Positions 10,507 through 29,515 of a DNA stretch of 64,000 nt are shown one piece after another. Positions within the stretch are counted from its first letter, which is position 1; every line of letters begins with the position of its first letter. The notes under the pieces are model-generated. The model had not been told where the DNA came from. It saw only the letters and a list, made by a program, of their open reading frames with translations, and made no database searches. The DNA is from Deinococcus sp. (GTDB lineage: Bacteria > Deinococcota > Deinococci > Deinococcales > Deinococcaceae): assembly GCA_965261005.1 (NCBI GenBank), contig OZ253375.1:256001-320000 (forward strand), written 5' to 3'. The translations under genes and the position numbers were made by a program.

Positions 10507-10989
10507 GTGACCCTCGACCCCCACGAGTCCGAGGCGGATGCCGCCATCAGGACGCTGCTGGCCTCGCACAACGACGGCGCCGACGTTTCCGCCTCCCCAG
10601 GCCCGCACCTCACCATCGTGACCTGCATGGACTTCCGCATCCATTTGCGCCTGCCGGAGAACTTCGCCTTCGTGCTGCGCACCGGGGGCGCCAATCCCCG
10701 GCCGGTCGAGCCGTACCTTGCCTTCAGCGTCGCCCGCCCCGGCATTCACGCCGTGGCCCTGATCGGCCACACCGACTGCGCGATGGTGCGGCCGGACCCC
10801 GACGTGGTGAACGATTTGCCCATTGAGGAGGAACAAAAGCGGCTCTACCGCGGTGAGATCGCCGGCCTCGCCATCGCGGACGCGCCCGCCTTCACCCGCC
10901 GCGAGGCGTCGCGCTTGGAAGGGCGCCTGGGCCTGCCGGTGGTGCCGCTGCTGTACCGGGTGGAGGACCACAAGCTGGAAAGGTTGTAG
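10507..10989 (+). CDS. Beta-carbonic anhydrase-like protein
   Basis: CMDFR and HTDC Zn-ligand motifs; TATCCT -10 box 7 nt before the GTG. Confidence 0.75.
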   Translation: MTLDPHESEADAAIRTLLASHNDGADVSASPGPHLTIVTCMDFRIHLRLPENFAFVLRTGGANPRPVEPYLAFSVARPGIHAVALIGHTDCAMVRPDPDVVNDLPIEEEQKRLYRGEIAGLAIADAPAFTRREASRLEGRLGLPVVPLLYRVEDHKLERL

Positions 10990-11056
10990 GAGACCCTCAC
11001 CCCAAAACGTGCCCGCCCTCCCGTCCCCACCGTCCAGAAGCGCCAGAATACTCTTC

Positions 11057-11596
11057 ATGAGCGAACAAACTGCCATTCTGGCCGGGGGCTGCTTTTGGTG
11101 CACCGAGGCCGTGTTTCAGGATTTAAAGGGCGTCAGCAAGGTCGAGTCGGGCTACATCGGCGGCACGGCCAAGAACCCCACTTATGAGCAAGTCTGCGGC
11201 GGTGACACCGGCCACGCCGAGGCCGTCAAGGTCACCTACGACCCGGATGTGATTCCCTATCAGGACATTCTGGGCGTCTTTTTTGCCACCCACGACCCCA
11301 CCCAGCTGAATAAGCAGGGGCACGACGTCGGCACCCAGTACCGCTCGGCCGTCTTCTACCAATCGGACGAGGAGAAGCAGCGGGCCGAGGAGGTCATCCG
11401 CGACCTCAACGCCCGGCACATCTGGGACGCGCCCATCGTGACCACGCTGGAACCGGCTGGCACCTTCTACAAGGCGGAGAACTACCACCAGGACTACTTC
11501 AAGAACAACCCGGTCCAGCCCTACTGCATGGCCGTGGTCGCCCCCAAGGTCATCAAGTTCCGCAAGCAGTTCTCGGACCGGTTGAAGTCGGCATAG
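11057..11596 (+). CDS. msrA: Peptide-methionine (S)-S-oxide reductase
   Basis: [27 protein letters not shown]. Confidence 0.97.
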   Translation: MSEQTAILAGGCFWCTEAVFQDLKGVSKVESGYIGGTAKNPTYEQVCGGDTGHAEAVKVTYDPDVIPYQDILGVFFATHDPTQLNKQGHDVGTQYRSAVFYQSDEEKQRAEEVIRDLNARHIWDAPIVTTLEPAGTFYKAENYHQDYFKNNPVQPYCMAVVAPKVIKFRKQFSDRLKSA

Positions 11597-11641
11597 CAGG
11601 GGAGAGTGAGCCGCCCGGTATTCGTGCTGGGCGGCTCTTCT

Positions 11642-12274
11642 TTACAGCTTGGCGAGCTGCCCCTCGTAATCTGCTCGTGCCCGTTCGGCCACCGGGGCGC
11701 TCAGCAGCCGGCGCAGGTATTCGGCCGAGGGCCGCTTGTCGTAGAAAACCTCGAACAGCTCCAGCACGGTCGGCCACTCCTCCTGCACGGCCCAGCGCTC
11801 GACCGGGTCGCCCGCCTCAACCCCGCCCTCCTCCAGCACGCGGGTGTAAAAGCCGGGCCGCCGCGCCTCGCGGAACTTCTTGACAAAGGCGGGGTCGCCC
11901 ATGCGCGCCGCGAAGGTGTCGCAGGGAATGCGCGGCGCCGTGACCTCCAGCAGCACCCCGCCCACTTTGTAGCGGTCGCCCACCCGCACCTCTGGCCCGG
12001 CCAGGTCCAGGGTGACATTCTCGCCGAAGGTGCCGGGCGCGAGGGGTTCGCCCAATTGCTCCGCCCACCAGTCGTAGTCCTCCCGGCTGTAGAGGTACAC
12101 CGCCTGGTCGGGGCCGCCGTGGTGCTTGGTCGCGACGATGTGGTCCCCGGTCAGACCCAAATGGGTCACGCGCACCGCGCCCGTGACGGGCTTCTTGACG
12201 ATGCCGGTCGTCTTGGGCTTGTCCCCGATCAGAACTTCTTCCCGCTGGCCGACGTTGACGGAGAGAACGCGCAT
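11642..12274 (-). CDS. MOSC-domain protein (YiiM-like)
   Basis: HHGGPDQAV, FGENV, PRIPC, GFYTRVLEEG; TATGCT -10 box before the ATG at 12274. Confidence 0.9.
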   Translation of the reverse strand: MRVLSVNVGQREEVLIGDKPKTTGIVKKPVTGAVRVTHLGLTGDHIVATKHHGGPDQAVYLYSREDYDWWAEQLGEPLAPGTFGENVTLDLAGPEVRVGDRYKVGGVLLEVTAPRIPCDTFAARMGDPAFVKKFREARRPGFYTRVLEEGGVEAGDPVERWAVQEEWPTVLELFEVFYDKRPSAEYLRRLLSAPVAERARADYEGQLAKL

Positions 12275-12291
12275 GGGGACAGCATAAGCCA

Positions 12292-12879
12292 CTACAGGCG
12301 CGGCGGCGAGGGCGGCCCGTCCTCGCCCGAGAGCGGGACGTTCTCGTACACGTCCGCCAGCGTGAGCGTCACGGGCGGGCACGGCAGCGTCAGCGCGCCG
12401 TCCTCGATCAGGTCATACATCCACGCTTCGCCCTGGCGCCGGTACACCTCCAGCCGCACGGCGTCCTGCGAAACCAGGACGTACGCTTCCAGCGAGGGCA
12501 GCTTGAGGTACTGGCGCAGCTTCTCGCCCCGGTCCACGGCCGCCGTGGACGGCGACAGCACCTCCACGATCAGACACGGGGCGCGTTTGAAGTGCGTCTC
12601 GTCGTCGGCGGACTCGCACACGACCATCACGTCCGGGTAATAGAACAGGCGCTCTTGCACGCGCACCAACACGCTGCTGATGTACGTCCGGCAGTTGGAG
12701 CGGCGGGTCGCGCTCCACAGCAGACCGCCGATGTTGGTCGTCAGGCGGTTATGAGCGTCCGACGCGCCGCCCATCGCAAAGAGGCGCCCGTCCACGTACT
12801 CGCTCTTGTGGGGCGCGCCGTCCTCACGCTGGAGGTACGCCTCGACGCTCAGGCGTTCTTCGGCGGCGGGTTGGGCCAT
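12292..12879 (-). CDS. Uma2-family (DUF820) endonuclease-like protein
   Basis: YYPDVMV, PCLIVEVLSPST, DRGEK motifs. Confidence 0.92.
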   Translation of the reverse strand: MAQPAAEERLSVEAYLQREDGAPHKSEYVDGRLFAMGGASDAHNRLTTNIGGLLWSATRRSNCRTYISSVLVRVQERLFYYPDVMVVCESADDETHFKRAPCLIVEVLSPSTAAVDRGEKLRQYLKLPSLEAYVLVSQDAVRLEVYRRQGEAWMYDLIEDGALTLPCPPVTLTLADVYENVPLSGEDGPPSPPRL

Positions 12880-12927
12880 GCCTCAGTGTAACGGGGTTAG
12901 CAGGGTGGGGAGGGTGTCGTGCGAATC

Positions 12928-13482
12928 TCAGTCCGCCGCTTGCCCCCGCAACTCTGGCAGCTGCGCCAGCAGCAGCTTGTGCAGTTCGGCGGGGGTATAC
13001 GGTTGCCGGGCGTCCAGGCGCTTGAGGGGCAGACCGGCGCTGCGAAAGACCAGGTCCTTCACGGCGTCGCGCCCCTGCTGGATGGTGCTTTCGTGTGAAG
13101 CTCCGTCAAGCTCGATGGCGCACACAGGCTGATAATCGCTGGCCGTCACGATCAAGAAGTCAACATGCTTGTCGCGCAGCCGGGCATAGACGCCGTGCCG
13201 CTCCTTCCCACCTGCCTTGATGAGAAAGAGGTCGTTGAGCCGGACATTGGGAAAGACCAGGTAGGGCGCGCCGTCGAGTGTTTTGGTCAGCACTCCAAAG
13301 AAGGTGTTCTCACTTCTGGAGAAGAAGTAACGCTTGGTTTGCACGGGCAACGAATCGGGCAGGTCTTTTCTTCGCTCCTGCCTGTGTTCCTGTATGGGCG
13401 TGCTGATGGCGCTTGCGCCCTTCGAGCGGGCGAGCGCTATCAGCACGCCAATCACCACGACGATGAGCAGCAAGGAGAGCAC
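12928..13482 (-). CDS. DUF2726-domain protein with N-terminal membrane anchor
   Basis: VRLNDL, KHVDFLI, IELDGASH, RDAVKD motifs; TACACT -10 box 6 nt before the GTG at 13482. Confidence 0.85.
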   Translation of the reverse strand: MLSLLLIVVVIGVLIALARSKGASAISTPIQEHRQERRKDLPDSLPVQTKRYFFSRSENTFFGVLTKTLDGAPYLVFPNVRLNDLFLIKAGGKERHGVYARLRDKHVDFLIVTASDYQPVCAIELDGASHESTIQQGRDAVKDLVFRSAGLPLKRLDARQPYTPAELHKLLLAQLPELRGQAAD

Positions 13483-13656
13483 GAGGAGAGTGTAACCGAT
13501 GGCCCCGCGCCCCTCAATCGCGCGGCCGTCCGGCCGTGAAGCGCACCGTTTCCCCCAAGGCCGCCGCACCGACATCCCTCGTACGGGCCACCAGAATCTC
13601 GTCCTCGCCGCCCAGGATGACCGTCTCCTCGCCTCGTTTTGAGGGGTGGTCGGAGG

Positions 13657-14818
13657 CTCAGTACCCGACAGGTTGCTGAGGCGGAGCAAGGACCGGGAAG
13701 AGCAGGGCCAGACAGGACCTGGCGCGCTCAAGATTCCACTTGAGGGCGTCCACAAGCAGATCGAGGCCGGTCAGGAAGGTGCTCTTGGCTTTGCGCCCGT
13801 GCGTTTTGAGCCGTACGGGCGCCTCTTGTTCCCGCACCAGACCGACCAGCAGCGCCCAGACGAAGGCGACCGTGAGCAAGCTGACCAGCGTTTCGATGCG
13901 GGCAGGGTCGGTCATGTGGGTCGCCTCCAGATTGAGGCCGCGCAGTTTGTAAGCGCCGAAGGTGCATTCGATGGACCAGCGCGACCGGTAGCGCTCACAG
14001 GTGTCGAACAGCGAGAGGTCCGAAGCGATCACAACGCGCTCACCTTCGCTGGACAGTGTGGCAACCACCTGCATCTCAGCGCCGTAGACCACCTCTTTGT
14101 CGAGCAGGCCGCGCACCTCGCCGGGCGTCAGGTGTGCAAAGGCGTCTCGAACCGCGATGTCATCGAGCAGGGTGTCCTCACGAATGCGGATGCAGCGCTT
14201 GAGCCGTCGTTGTTCCAGGGCCGCGAACCAGTCTTTGCCCACGAACTCACGGTCGGCCAGCAGCACCGCAATGCGCTGTGCGGGAATGACGCTCAGCAGC
14301 CGGTCGAGCAGCGCGATGCGCGCGGCAGTCGAACTGGCGCCGCCGTGGTCCAGCACGTCCCACACCAAGGGGAGAGCGTAGCCAGCAAACACCGCCCCAA
14401 TCACCAAGATGTTGTGATCATATTGCCCATAGCGCCAGTTGGTGCGGTCCATCGCGAGCGTCAACTTGCCGCTCCCCAACAGCGGCAGGATCAGTTGGGC
14501 GGCCTCGTGCTGAGTGAAGGTCTCTGCGGCGAAGAAGCGGGCGACGCGACGTTCTTTGCTTTCGGGTCGGGCGTCACCCGGCAAGTGCTGAGCGAGTTTG
14601 CGGTGAGTGACGTGCTGGGCGTGGACGGTAGCGAGCAACATATCGGCGAGACGAGCGCGCTGGTCAGAGCGGCGTCCGGGCAGGTGTTGCGCGACGAGCG
14701 CGCGCAGGGTAGCGTCAGCAGTGCCGGGGGGCTGGGTACTCATCAACCACAGTTTGCCCCGGCTCTGCTGTCTCTCCTCGTGTCACACAACCTTTAGACC
14801 TTCCTGTCGGGTACTGAG
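13657..14818 (-). mobile_element. IS4-family insertion sequence, copy 1
   Basis: 16-bp perfect terminal inverted repeats CTCAGTACCCGACAGG; no flanking direct repeat visible. Confidence 0.93.
13658..14746 (-). CDS. IS4-family DDE transposase
   Basis: MDRTNW, ADREF and [15 protein letters not shown] (YREK signature). Confidence 0.93.
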   Translation of the reverse strand: MMSTQPPGTADATLRALVAQHLPGRRSDQRARLADMLLATVHAQHVTHRKLAQHLPGDARPESKERRVARFFAAETFTQHEAAQLILPLLGSGKLTLAMDRTNWRYGQYDHNILVIGAVFAGYALPLVWDVLDHGGASSTAARIALLDRLLSVIPAQRIAVLLADREFVGKDWFAALEQRRLKRCIRIREDTLLDDIAVRDAFAHLTPGEVRGLLDKEVVYGAEMQVVATLSSEGERVVIASDLSLFDTCERYRSRWSIECTFGAYKLRGLNLEATHMTDPARIETLVSLLTVAFVWALLVGLVREQEAPVRLKTHGRKAKSTFLTGLDLLVDALKWNLERARSCLALLFPVLAPPQQPVGY

Positions 14819-14944
14819 CTGCTGACTACCCCTCAACACGCCGGATGAGTTGGGCAGGGAATTTTTAGAAGGGGGACAGGAGCGGAGCAGGAGGTCCCGG
14901 AGGTGAAGCATAGGCAAATTTTAAGGCTAATGACCGAAGGGCGT

Positions 14945-15064
14945 TCATAGCTTCAGAAAGCGGGCGCGGGACAGCTGCGTTTCGGCCAACTGCAACTGCT
15001 GGGCATCTCGGATGCCCAGCAGGTTTTTCAGCGTGCCGTTCGGTTGGAGATAGGGGTCGGCCAC
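14945..15064 (-). pseudogene. Truncated Fic-family toxin (N-terminal 39 aa)
   Basis: MADPYLQPNGTLKNLLGIRDAQQLQLAE matches the typical Fic N-terminus; stops before any catalytic HPFxxGNGR motif; directly after a VbhA-like gene. Confidence 0.75.
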
Positions 15065-15068
15065 AACC

Positions 15069-15263
15069 TCACTTCTGGCTGTAGTGGGCCAGCAGTTGGT
15101 CGTGTAACTCGTCGGCGCTGAGGTGGCCCTCGACGTACTCCTCGAACAGCGGTTCGGTGACTGGGTCCGGCGTCAGCCCTTCCAGCCGCGCCTCGCTGCG
15201 GGCGTGGTTCACCGCCTCGCGGCGCCGCTCACGCTCCGTCTTGACGTGTTCCTCCACGGTCAT
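15069..15263 (-). CDS. VbhA-family antitoxin
   Basis: AVNHARSEARLEGL inhibitory-helix-like motif, YVEGHLSADEL; GGAGG RBS. Confidence 0.85.
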   Translation of the reverse strand: MTVEEHVKTERERRREAVNHARSEARLEGLTPDPVTEPLFEEYVEGHLSADELHDQLLAHYSQK

Positions 15264-15296
15264 GTCTCGCCTCCGCATCGTTCTGAACGCAGTTTA

Positions 15297-17771
<2,475 letters not shown>

Positions 17772-17784
17772 AGGTCCTCCAAAA

Positions 17785-17892
17785 GCAAAAAGAAAGCCCC
17801 GGCCCATCACAAGCCGGGGACGGTCGCGCGCCGGAAGTCTAGCCGCGAGGTCCCCACTTGGTAAGCGCAGAGCGAATCACCCGCCCAGTCTA
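17785..17892 (-). promoter_or_regulatory. Putative leuS leader: -10 box, leaderless uORF (17839-17880, [13 protein letters not shown]) and terminator/antiterminator
   Basis: TAGACT 6 nt before the GTG; CCCCGGC/GCCGGGG hairpin with U-tract before the leuS RBS; GGGGAC..TCGCG can pair with CGCGA..GTCCCC as an antiterminator. Confidence 0.6.
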
Positions 17893-17935
17893 GAGCGCAG
17901 TCAAAGCGGGGTCAACCACGCGCCCCGCTGCCACG

Positions 17936-18745
17936 TCACGGCAAGCGCCCCTCAATCCACCCCGCCACCTGCTCCAGCGCCCGCTCGCTTTCCAGGTCGT
18001 TGAACAGCTCGTGGTAGCCGCCCGGCACCTCCCACAGCTCCTTGTCCTGGCTGGCGATCTCGCGGGCGAAGCGGCGCGATCCCTCCACCGTGATCAGCCG
18101 GTCGGCGTCGCCGTGGATGACCAGGGTAGGTAGGGTCCAGCCGCTCAGGCGCGGCCACAAGTCGTCGCCGCCGCGCATCATCTCGTGCCCGCTGCGCGCC
18201 TTGACCTTGCCCTGATAGCACAGCGGGTCGGCCTTGAAGTGGACGTCCACCTCCTCGCGCCGGGACAGCACGCCGTCCTTGACGGCGCCCACGGCTACGC
18301 CCGGCGCGACAAAGCTCAGGACGCCCGACAGGCGCCGTACCAGCGCCGGCTCGTCCTGACCCACGATCAGGGCGGGGGAGGAGAGCACCACGCCCGTGAG
18401 GCCGCGAGGGTCACGCGCCACGCTCAGGGCCGTTACCAAACCGCCCAAGCTGTGACCCAGCGCGAAGAGGGGTACTTTTACGTTTTTACGCAACCATTCG
18501 CGCGCCGCGAGGTGGTCCCCCGTCAGCTCGTCCACGCGAAAGAGGGCGCGCGGCCCCACCGAATTGCCGTGCCCGCGCTGGTCGTAGCCGTAGACGCTGA
18601 CGTCCGCCGCGTTCAGCGCCTGGGTGACGTGCCTGTACCGTCCCAGGTGCTCGCCGTAGCCGTGCAGCAGCAAGACCGCGCCGCGCGGCCGGTCCACTGG
18701 GGCGGCGTAGCCCGCCAGCGGTAACCCGAAGTCCCAATTCTCCAT
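17936..18745 (-). CDS. Alpha/beta hydrolase (monoacylglycerol lipase/lysophospholipase-like)
   Basis: HGYGEH, DQRGHG, GHSLGG, HGDAD, YHEL. Confidence 0.92.
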   Translation of the reverse strand: MENWDFGLPLAGYAAPVDRPRGAVLLLHGYGEHLGRYRHVTQALNAADVSVYGYDQRGHGNSVGPRALFRVDELTGDHLAAREWLRKNVKVPLFALGHSLGGLVTALSVARDPRGLTGVVLSSPALIVGQDEPALVRRLSGVLSFVAPGVAVGAVKDGVLSRREEVDVHFKADPLCYQGKVKARSGHEMMRGGDDLWPRLSGWTLPTLVIHGDADRLITVEGSRRFAREIASQDKELWEVPGGYHELFNDLESERALEQVAGWIEGRLP

Positions 18746-18813
18746 GCATCATCCTACTTTAGAAAATCTTGTGCTCCCCGCCTCCTCCCCGAATCAGCCG
18801 CTAGCATTCCCCC

Positions 18814-19251
18814 ATGGCCATTGACAGAACGGCAAGCGCCCGCTGGACCGGCGACTTGCGTAAGGGGAGCGGCATCGTCAGCACCGAGAGCGGCGCCCTG
18901 CAAGAACAGCCCTACAGCTTCCGCACCCGCTTCGAGAACGAACCCGGCACCAACCCCGAGGAGCTGCTGGCCGCCTCGCACGCCGGCTGCTTCACCATGG
19001 CCTTTTCGGGCGTGCTGCAAAGTGCGGGCCACACGCCGAAGGTGCTGGCCACCGAGGCGACCTGCCACATGGACCAGGTGGACGGCGGCTTCAAGGTGAC
19101 CGAGATGCACCTGAAGGTGCGCGGCAGCGCCGAGGGCCTCGACCAGCAACAGTTTCAGCAGCTGGCCGAGCAGGCCGAGCAAGGCTGCCCGATTTCCAAC
19201 GTGCTGCGCGGCAACGTCAAGGTGAGCGTCGAGGCGACCTACGAGCCGTAA
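18814..19251 (+). CDS. osmC: OsmC-family peroxiredoxin
   Basis: GTNPEELLAASHAGCF and CPIS motifs. Confidence 0.93.
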   Translation: MAIDRTASARWTGDLRKGSGIVSTESGALQEQPYSFRTRFENEPGTNPEELLAASHAGCFTMAFSGVLQSAGHTPKVLATEATCHMDQVDGGFKVTEMHLKVRGSAEGLDQQQFQQLAEQAEQGCPISNVLRGNVKVSVEATYEP

Positions 19252-19318
19252 GCGAGCTTGAGCGAGCGGGGCCGTCCCTGTTGACGGCCCCGCTCTCCAT
19301 TCCTCTAGACTGCGGGCC

Positions 19319-20953
<1,635 letters not shown>

Positions 20954-20967
20954 AAACTAGGGGCATT

Positions 20968-20996
20968 AAAAAACCGGGGCCGAAGCCCCGGTTTTT
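20968..20996. terminator. Bidirectional intrinsic terminator
   Basis: AAAAAACCGGGGC-cgaa-GCCCCGGTTTTT between convergent genes. Confidence 0.85.
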
Positions 20997-21006
20997 AAAT
21001 CTTCGC

Positions 21007-21711
21007 TCAGTTTCTGCTCGACCCGCCCAGGCCGAACAGACGCAGCACGAACAGGAACAGGTTGATGAAGTCGAGGTACAAACTCAGCGCGCCGTAGACA
21101 GCCAACTTCTCGCCGTGTTCGCTGCTGGCGTCCACGCCCGATAAGGCGATGGCGCGCAGCTTCTGGGTGTCGTAGGCGGTCAGGGCGCTGAACAGGATCA
21201 CGCCGATAATGCTGGTGATCCAGGTGAACAGGGTGGAGGCCAGGAAGATGTTCACGACCATGGCGATCACCAAGCCGATCAAGGCCATCATCAAAACCGT
21301 GCGCCACTTACTCAAATCCGCCTTGGTGGTGTAGCCGATCAGGCTCATGGCGCCGAACATGCCGGCGCTGACCACGAAAGCCGAGGTGATCTGGTTTCCG
21401 GAGTAGACCATCGAGAGGGTCGCGAAGGTCAGGCCGTTCAGGGCGGCGTAGCCCATAAACAGGGCGCTGGCGACGGTGGCGCTGACGCGGTTGAGCAAAA
21501 AGCCGAGGCCGAACACCACGCCCAGCTGGACGAGCATCAGCGGCAGCAGGTTGCGTGACACGGTGAAGAGCAATTGCTCGTTGACCGCCGTCAGGTACGC
21601 GATAATGGCAGTCAGGACCAGGCCCGCGCCCATCCAGCTGTAGGTGCGGTTGAAAAAAGAGCGGACGGACGTGGCGCTGGCTTGGGTCAGGGTGTTGGGA
21701 TTGGTGTACAA
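21007..21711 (-). CDS. Bax inhibitor-1/YccA-family membrane protein
   Basis: TAYDTQKL and GALSLYLDFINLF motifs; AAGGAG RBS before the TTG at 21711. Confidence 0.92.
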   Translation of the reverse strand: MYTNPNTLTQASATSVRSFFNRTYSWMGAGLVLTAIIAYLTAVNEQLLFTVSRNLLPLMLVQLGVVFGLGFLLNRVSATVASALFMGYAALNGLTFATLSMVYSGNQITSAFVVSAGMFGAMSLIGYTTKADLSKWRTVLMMALIGLVIAMVVNIFLASTLFTWITSIIGVILFSALTAYDTQKLRAIALSGVDASSEHGEKLAVYGALSLYLDFINLFLFVLRLFGLGGSSRN

Positions 21712-21830
21712 GGCGGCTCCTTTAAAGCTATATACGGGTTGACGTCCGGCAAAGTTCCCGAAGGCCGAGTTGTCGCCCTGGGGTGACTGTAGCAAATTCG
21801 GCGTGGGCGAACTGTCCGCTCCAGCGCCGG

Positions 21831-22214
21831 TCAGCGAATCAGACGAATGGGAACGCCGACGTTGACCTTTTGCCAGGCCCGGTCGGCGGTGAGGACTTCG
21901 GCGCGGAACCTGCGGGCGAGGCTCAGGCAGGCACGGTCGCCCAATGAGAGGCCGTAGGCCCGTGTCTGTTCCCACAGATCTGCCGCGTTCTCGGCATCTT
22001 GCGAGTCAAACGCAATGATTTGTAGCCCCATCGCGGGTAAACCCCTCGCCGTCGTGACGGGATTCAAGCCGAACGAGCGTATCTTCTGCAAGACCTCGCT
22101 CCAATTCACGCTTGACACCAGAGCGCCCCGAACCACAGGTTCAACTTCGCGGGCGCCAATCTCTTCGCGAACCAGGGCGAGAATCGCCGAAGCGTCGAGG
22201 ACGATGGTGCTCAA
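21831..22214 (-). CDS. VapC-family PIN toxin
   Basis: VLDASAILA, SSVNWSEV, LSLGDRACL, TADRAW. Confidence 0.92.
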   Translation of the reverse strand: MSTIVLDASAILALVREEIGAREVEPVVRGALVSSVNWSEVLQKIRSFGLNPVTTARGLPAMGLQIIAFDSQDAENAADLWEQTRAYGLSLGDRACLSLARRFRAEVLTADRAWQKVNVGVPIRLIR

Positions 22215-22486
22215 CCCCTCTCCACAACGCCCGCCTCGCGCTTCGCCTCTTCACGGCGTTCTTTGATCAGTTCCTCCGAGAGCAGCACGTCTTGGGGAAG
22301 ACCGGCCAGACTTGCCCGAATACGTCTCAAGATCGCCTCCGGTTTTTCGAGGACCAGCCGGTCTTGCTCCACGTGCGCGACCAACTGGTCGCCGCTCTCC
22401 AACTGAAGTTCTCGCCTCAGCTCCGCTGGAATGACGACCCTTCCTTGAGGGCCGAGCTGTAAGGTGTGGGTTTTATTGGTTGTCAT
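22211..22486 (-). CDS. AbrB/MazE-family antitoxin
   Basis: LGPQGRVVIPAELRREL motif; overlaps the toxin start. Confidence 0.9.
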   Translation of the reverse strand: MTTNKTHTLQLGPQGRVVIPAELRRELQLESGDQLVAHVEQDRLVLEKPEAILRRIRASLAGLPQDVLLSEELIKERREEAKREAGVVERG

Positions 22487-22519
22487 GCCTAATTATGGCA
22501 TGACTGTCTATTGGTGGCA

Positions 22520-25305
<2,786 letters not shown>

Positions 25306-25309
<4 letters not shown>

Positions 25310-27099
25310 GAACGCGGGCCGCCCAGCAGCGTGGCCGAGCGGGGAGCTAACGTGTCGCCTTGCTCGGGGGCCGTGCCGAACAGGCGCGAAAAGCCGTCCA
25401 GCTTCACACCTTCAGGCCGCTTCGCCCCTTCGTGCCCGAAGTTGACCAGCACCACCCGCTCCTGGTCCCCGTGCCAGCGCCGCACCCACAGCACGTCGCC
25501 CTCGCTTCCCACTTGCAGGTCACTTCGCGACTTGTGGCGCAGCACCGGGTCCTCGCGCCGCAGCCGCAACAGCTCCCTGTAGAGGGCGAGCGTGCGGGCG
25601 TGGTCCCCTTCCCCCATCTCCGCCCAGTTCAGCTTGGAGCGCGTGAAGGTCGTGTCCGCCTGCGGGTCGGGCAGCTCGGTCTTGCCAAAGGACTCGAAGC
25701 GCGCGAACTCCGCCAAACGCCCCTGCGACACCAGCTCCCCCAGCGCCCCGGCGTGGTCTGAGAAGAACTGGAAGGGCGTGCTGGCGGCCCACTCTTGCCC
25801 CTGGAACAGCAGCGGCACCATCGGCAGGGTCAGCAGCAGCGCGCTGGCAGCTAAAAATCCGTCTTGACCCGCCGTCGCCGGCAAGCGGTCGCCCACGGCG
25901 CGGTTGCCGATTTGGTCGTGGTTCTGGATGAAGTAGACCAGGTTGCTGGCCCCCAGGTCGTCGGCCGGTTGGCCGCGCCCGTGGTCGCCCATCAAATGGT
26001 CCTCCTCCAGCGGCCAGCGCTGCCCCTCGTACAGCCAGCCGCGCTCGATGGTGCGGGCCAATTCGCTCACCTGCGGTTTGAACGCCTGATAGTAGCCGTC
26101 CTGCTCTCCCGTCAGCGTGACGCGCACCTGGTGGTGAAAGTCGTCCACCCACACGCCGTCCATGTGGTACTCGGTGACCAGCCCCGGCAAGTTGCGGTAG
26201 TCCTCGCAGAACAGGAAGTGCCCGCCGCCGAGGGCGTGGACGTGCTGGGCCAGCTCCTCCAGGATGTGCAGGTCGCTGTCGTCCTCGATATTTTGGGTGG
26301 CGTCCAGCCGGAAGCCGTCGAAGCGGTAGTCGCGCAGCCAGTGCTCGGCGCTATCGAGGATCAGGTGGCGCATGAAGGGGTTGCCGTAGTCAAGCGCGTC
26401 CCCCCACGGCGTCTTGTGCGCGTGGGTGAAGTACTCGGGGCTGTAGGACGGCAGGTAGTTGCCGTCCGGCCCGAAGTGGTTGTAGACGATGTCCAGCAGC
26501 ACCACGAAGCCCGTGCGGTGCGCCTCGTCAATCAGGGTTTGTAACTCTTCCGGCGAGCCGTAGTCCGGGTAGGGCGCGAAGTGCGCCACGCCGTCGTAAC
26601 CCCAACCGCGCCCCCCCGGAAAGGTGGAGAGCGGCATCAGCTCGATGCAGTTGACGCCGAGGTCTTTGAGGTACGGCAGCTTTTCTTGCAGGGCCGCGTA
26701 GGTGCCTTCCGGCGTGAAGGTGCCGACGTGCAATTCGTAGATCACCAAGTCGGCGCGGGGAATGTTGGGCGTCCCGTGTTGGTATTTGAAGATGTTCTCC
26801 CAGACCACCGCCGGTTCGTGCACGCCGTCCGGCAGCCAGCGGGCGTAGGGATCGGGATAGATCTGGCCGTCCAGCTCGAACTTGTAGCGCGTTCCCGGCC
26901 CGACGTCCGGCAAGCTGACCTCGAACACGCCGTCGCCGACGGGCTTCATGGCGTGGCGGTCGGTCACGGATCCATCTGCGCCGTATAGCACCACCCCGGC
27001 GCTCCCGGCGCGGGTGCTCCAGAAACGAAAGGTGGTGCCGTTTTTTCCGGGCAGGGCGCCCAGCGACGTGCGCGCCCGAACAGAAACTGTGTCTTGCAT
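25306..27099 (-). CDS. treZ: Malto-oligosyltrehalose trehalohydrolase
   Basis: [40 protein letters not shown] before the ATG at 27099. Confidence 0.95.
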
Positions 27100-27190
27100 A
27101 CAAACCTCCGTCGCTCGCCGCACAACGTCGGCGAGCAGCAAACCCCGCCAGTACAGCGCACGGCCGCCTGACGGGGTGTGAAAGGGAACT

Positions 27191-29329
<2,139 letters not shown>

Positions 29330-29515
29330 GGGTTCTCCAAAATGACGCGGTGTACAACGAAAACGGCCAGCGAATGGCCGAGGTCGGGTTGGATTCTGAC
29401 GGACCCGCAGGTCCGGGCAAAGCACGGTTCGGCCACACCTTCGGCCGGTTCTCAAGCTACCAGGAAATAGTCACAAAAACAGAGTTGAGAAGGCAATGTT
29501 AAGCCTGAACCCCGC

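Noticed and set aside
14838..14945. Possible IS982-like MITE with ACGCC...GGCGT ends
   Set aside because: Only 5 bp of terminal match, no target duplication and no second copy in the window.
17785..17900. T-box riboswitch upstream of leuS
   Set aside because: Too short for stem I and lacks a clean GGTGGnACC box; a uORF attenuator fits better.
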